DNA from: Dehalococcoidia bacterium
GTDB taxonomy: Bacteria > Chloroflexota > Dehalococcoidia > UBA2979
Length of the DNA: 64,000 nt
Reading direction: 5' to 3'
Assembly: GCA_965262725.1 (NCBI GenBank)
Contig: OZ253555.1
Location: 1,826,762 to 1,890,761 of the forward strand
In this document: positions 60,815 through 64,000 of the stretch, piece after piece
How the letters are laid out: the number at the start of each line of letters is the position of its first letter
How positions within the stretch are numbered: the first letter of the stretch is position 1
Notes under the pieces: model-generated
Database searches by the model: none
Told to the model about the DNA's origin: nothing
What the model saw: the letters and a program-made list of their open reading frames with translations, nothing else
Program-made: the position numbers and the translations under genes

Positions 60815-62265
60815 ACGGGTGGCTCAAAGTAGCGTCCCAGCAAGTGGTGTCACAGGCGGGGAGACGGTCTCCGCAGGGGGACCTACTACCGACCACGGTG
60901 CCCATGCAGGTGGACGTAAGAGACCACCGCATCATCCTTCACGAAGTTATGACGAACGTGGAGGAGGACGACGGTGGTCAGAGAGAGCGTGGACGTGTTG
61001 GAACTGCTCCGCAAGCAGGCATCGGGAGCTGACCTCGATTTCCTGCGCGAAGCGGTGGCTGTGCTCGCCGAGGCGGTCATGGACCAGGAGGTCTCGGCGC
61101 AGGTCGGCGCCGGCTACGGCGAGCGCAGCGAGATGCGCACCACCCGGCGCAACGGCTACAGGCAAAGACGCTGGGACACGCGGGTGGGCAGCATCGACCT
61201 GCAGATCCCGAAGCTCCGCCAGGGGTCCTACTTCCCGGCGCTGCTCGAGCCCCGGCGCCGCTCAGAGCGCGCCTTGCTAGCCGTCGTCCAGCAAGCGTAC
61301 GTGGAGGGCGTCTCCACTCGCCGCGTCGACGACCTCGTGCGCTCGCTCGGCTGCGAGGGCATCTCCAAGAGCCAGGTCTCGCGTATCTGCTCGGAGCTCG
61401 ACACGGTCGTCACAAGTTTCCTCGGCCGGCCCCTGGACTCCGGCCCCTACCGATACCTCTGGCTCGACGCGCTCACCCAGCGGGTGCGCGAGGAGGGCCG
61501 CATCGCCCAGGTGAGCGTCGTCGTCGCCACCGCGGTCAACGTGGAGGGGAAGCGCGAGGTGCTGGGCATCGACGTCGGTACCAGCGAGGACGGGGCCTTC
61601 TGGCTGGCATTTCTCCGCGGCCTCGTAGCACGAGGGCTCTCCGGCGTGGAGCTGGTGACCTCCGACGCCCACCAGGGCCTGAGGGGAGCGATCGCGACCG
61701 TCTTCGGCGGCGCCTCCTGGCAGCGCTGCCGTACCCACTTCATGCGGAACCTGCTCACACGCGTGCCGAAGAGCGCCGAGGCGCTGGTGGCGACGACCGT
61801 GCGCACCATCTACCAGCAGCCCTCGGCCTCCGAGGTGCACGCCCAGCACACGCGGGTCGTGGAGCAGCTCGGTGCGCGCTTCCCGCAGGCCGCGGCAATG
61901 CTCGCCGACGCCGCGGAGGAGATCCTGGCGTTCACGGCCTTCCCGGTGGCGCACTGGCGGCAGATCTGGTCGAACAACCCCCAGGAGCGGCTCAACAAGG
62001 AGATCCGCCGGCGCACCAACGTGGTCGGCATCTTCCCCAACCGCTCAGCGGTCATCCGGCTCATCGGTGCGGTGCTCTCCGAGCAGCACGACGAGTGGGC
62101 CGTGGGGCGGCGCTACATGACGATGATGACGCTGCTCTCCCCGCCGGGGAGTGAGCTCACGTCAGGCAAGGAGGTGCTGCTGCAGGCTGCCGGCTAACAA
62201 ATGATAAGGATGATGCGCAGTGACACCACTTGCCGGGACGTGACCGACACCACTCGTATCGGTAC
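60815..62265 (+). mobile_element. IS256-family insertion sequence
   Basis: Inverted repeats CGTCCC(A/G)GCAAGTGGTGTCAC at about 60832 and about 62225-62250 (reverse complement). Transposase at 60974..62197. Confidence 0.7.
60974..62197 (+). CDS. IS256-family (mutator-type) transposase
   Basis: 407 aa (HWRQIWSNNPQERLNKEIRRRTNVVGIFPNRSAVIRLIGAVLSEQHDEW). Confidence 0.85.
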   Translation: MVRESVDVLELLRKQASGADLDFLREAVAVLAEAVMDQEVSAQVGAGYGERSEMRTTRRNGYRQRRWDTRVGSIDLQIPKLRQGSYFPALLEPRRRSERALLAVVQQAYVEGVSTRRVDDLVRSLGCEGISKSQVSRICSELDTVVTSFLGRPLDSGPYRYLWLDALTQRVREEGRIAQVSVVVATAVNVEGKREVLGIDVGTSEDGAFWLAFLRGLVARGLSGVELVTSDAHQGLRGAIATVFGGASWQRCRTHFMRNLLTRVPKSAEALVATTVRTIYQQPSASEVHAQHTRVVEQLGARFPQAAAMLADAAEEILAFTAFPVAHWRQIWSNNPQERLNKEIRRRTNVVGIFPNRSAVIRLIGAVLSEQHDEWAVGRRYMTMMTLLSPPGSELTSGKEVLLQAAG

Positions 62266-62341
62266 CAACAACCACAACAGGGGCTGCGGATGGGAGGCGC
62301 GATTGGTAGACGGCGCAGAGGGGCCGAGGTCCCCGTGCTCG

Positions 62342-63505
62342 TCACTTCGCAATCAGATGGTCGAGCGCAGCCGCCGCCGCGCTCTGCTGGCCACTCAGGA
62401 GATGCCCGTACACATCCATGGTGAACGCCGCGGAGCCGTGGCCGAGCCGCCGTGAGACCGTCAGCAGGTCGACGCCGGCCTTGATCCACTGACTCGCCGC
62501 CGTGTGGCGCAGCGAGTGAAAGTTGACCGTACCGGGATCGTCGATCCCGCTCGAACGGAGCAGGCGGCGAAAGCCGGTATAGAAGGCCTGCCGGTACTGG
62601 AACCGGCCGGATCCGTCGGGGAACACGAGATCGTGATCCTGCCAGGCGGCACCCAGCCGAAGCCGCACGGCGTTCTGTTCGGCGCGATGCTGACGCAGCA
62701 GGGCGACGGTTGCTCCCGAGAGTTCGATGGTGCGACGGGAATTGCGCGTCTTCGGGGGCAGCAAGCGGAACTCACCGCCGACGCTCTGGAGTGTCTGCCG
62801 CACGAGAAAGCTCGCGCGTTCCAGGTCGATCGATGCCCACCTCGCACCGAGCAACTCCGCCTGCCGCGCGCCGGTGGCGAGCGCGAAGCGTAGCGGGACG
62901 TCGTAGTCCGTGTCCTGGACGGCCCCGAGCAGCTTCGCGATCTCGCTCTCATCCAGCGCGCGGCGTTCGCGCATTTTCCCCGCCAGCGACGGGCTCGGTA
63001 CAGCGGAGGCCGGGTTGCGGACAAGCAGCTGCCCGGCGACGGCGGCCCCGAGAGCCTGGCGGAGCAGACCCAGTATCTTCCTGACTGTCGCGGGCGCTCG
63101 TGACTTCGACAGGCCATCCTTCAGGTCGAGAATGTGGTCGGGACGGAGTTCCTGGAGGCGCAGGCTTCCGATTGCGGGAGCGAGGTGGAGCCTGACGATC
63201 GTGCGGTAGTTCTCGGCAACGCGCGGGCCGATCGCCTGATCGACCGTGCGCCGTTCGAGCCACAGCGCCAGCCACTCGCCGACCGTGATCTGGCTCGGGT
63301 CCACGCCGCCGTGATCGCGCTCGCCCAGCGCCTCTCGGAGTGCGCGCTGCGCGTCGCGCTTGGTGCCCTCGACCGAAAACCGGCGGCGCCGTCGCCTGCC
63401 GGTGCCAGCATCGCGCGGCAGCTCGACGGTGACCCGCCAGCTGCCCCTGGAGCGCTGCTCAATCGACCCGAGCCGTAGTCGCGCCTGGCCATCAGTCGCC
63501 TCCAC
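62342..63505 (-). CDS. int: tyrosine-type site-specific recombinase / phage integrase
   Basis: 387 aa with the catalytic R..HxxR..Y region (FHSLRHTAAS...VYGHLL). Confidence 0.85.
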   Translation of the reverse strand: MEATDGQARLRLGSIEQRSRGSWRVTVELPRDAGTGRRRRRRFSVEGTKRDAQRALREALGERDHGGVDPSQITVGEWLALWLERRTVDQAIGPRVAENYRTIVRLHLAPAIGSLRLQELRPDHILDLKDGLSKSRAPATVRKILGLLRQALGAAVAGQLLVRNPASAVPSPSLAGKMRERRALDESEIAKLLGAVQDTDYDVPLRFALATGARQAELLGARWASIDLERASFLVRQTLQSVGGEFRLLPPKTRNSRRTIELSGATVALLRQHRAEQNAVRLRLGAAWQDHDLVFPDGSGRFQYRQAFYTGFRRLLRSSGIDDPGTVNFHSLRHTAASQWIKAGVDLLTVSRRLGHGSAAFTMDVYGHLLSGQQSAAAAALDHLIAK

Positions 63506-63583
63506 GGTCTCGCGTTCGGGCGCTCCCGCGACTTGACGCGGCCTCTCCGCCCCGACTGCTCCCGGCCGTCCGGATTCATCCTA

Positions 63584-63793
63584 TCAGAACTGTTGTGCTG
63601 TTACGGGTCGCTCGGGCTTCGCGGCCGACTTCTCCAGCCAGTCGTCGAGCTCCCTCCTCGGTATCCGGATCACCCTGCCGAGCCTCACGGCCGGCAGCTC
63701 TCCGCGCGCCACCAGCTCGTAGGCGAGATTGCGCGAGATTCGGAGCAGCCTCGCGGTCTCGGGGACGGTCAGCAGCATTGGGCTATCGTTCAT
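63584..63793 (-). CDS. xis: excisionase / helix-turn-helix DNA-binding protein
   Basis: 69 aa (LLTVPETARLLRISRNLAYELVARGELPAVRLGRVIRIPRREL). Confidence 0.6.
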   Translation of the reverse strand: MNDSPMLLTVPETARLLRISRNLAYELVARGELPAVRLGRVIRIPRRELDDWLEKSAAKPERPVTAQQF

Positions 63794-64000
63794 CCGTCAC
63801 CTCCGGCGAGCGATCCCGCGCGGTGCGCGGAACCGATCTGGGCCATCCGGCCTTCCCTGAATTGGTTCACGCGCCGGCCCCATCGCGAGACCCGCCGGTG
63901 AACCGCCACGTAGGGGACCTGAAAGTGTCTTGTTCGCCTTGCAGATCGACCCCCCTTCTGTCCGCTGAGTCCGTCACAGTCACTGGTCGCCGCGTCCGAC

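Noticed and set aside
63794-64000. tRNA gene adjacent to the integrase/xis as integration target
   Set aside because: No cloverleaf-like T-loop, anticodon or acceptor features are visible at the window end or elsewhere. Only the 25-bp repeat is present.

Overview
This is a high-GC (about 70%) window that looks actinobacterial: it has F420-type LLM oxidoreductases, an Rv1086-like Z-prenyl synthase and a form I CO dehydrogenase. It splits into two parts.

Positions 1-22.7 kb are a conserved metabolic backbone:
- an EgtD-like histidine methyltransferase;
- a form I CO-dehydrogenase cluster, coxG divergent then coxM-coxS-coxL, followed by an XdhC-YHS fusion, a MocA-like gene and a second XdhC;
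- two divergent F420/LLM oxidoreductases and a CapA-like lipoprotein;
- an acyl-CoA block (ACAD, enoyl-CoA hydratase, amidohydrolase, tandem-fused CaiB CoA-transferase);
- a Z-prenyl diphosphate synthase and an SDR.

Positions 22.7-64 kb are an accretion zone of nested mobile elements and gene debris:
- two copies of an RT-encoding group II intron. Copy 1 has lost about 346 nt of its 5' end but keeps an intact RT. Copy 2 is full-length in RNA but its RT gene is split by a nested IS5-family insertion;
- a related ORF-less group II intron that sits exactly where an ABC-2 permease reading frame breaks, so it may be a genuine in-frame intron of a protein gene;
- two IS1380-family elements, each directly next to an intron 3' end;
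- an IS481/ISNCY-like element with about 60-bp inverted repeats, bracketed by 209-bp direct repeats;
- an IS256 element, and a tyrosine integrase plus excisionase at the right edge;
- a toxin-antitoxin cluster (vapBC, a vapC remnant, higBA, hicBA);
- a UvrD-type helicase-nuclease whose partner gene is reduced to a 3' stub;
- VirB4-like, katG, serine-recombinase and transposase pseudogene fragments, and a low-GC formate dehydrogenase;
- about 9 kb of int/xis-associated cargo (55.3-60.1 kb) carrying an EEP nuclease, a PD-(D/E)XK/DUF4268-like protein, an HNH protein and a low-GC two-TM protein. I flag this cargo as the best candidate for an uncharacterised accessory or defence-type module.

All calls come from reading the translated ORFs and the nucleotide sequence by eye. 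No database searches or structure predictions were run. My manual base indexing may be off by one in places.
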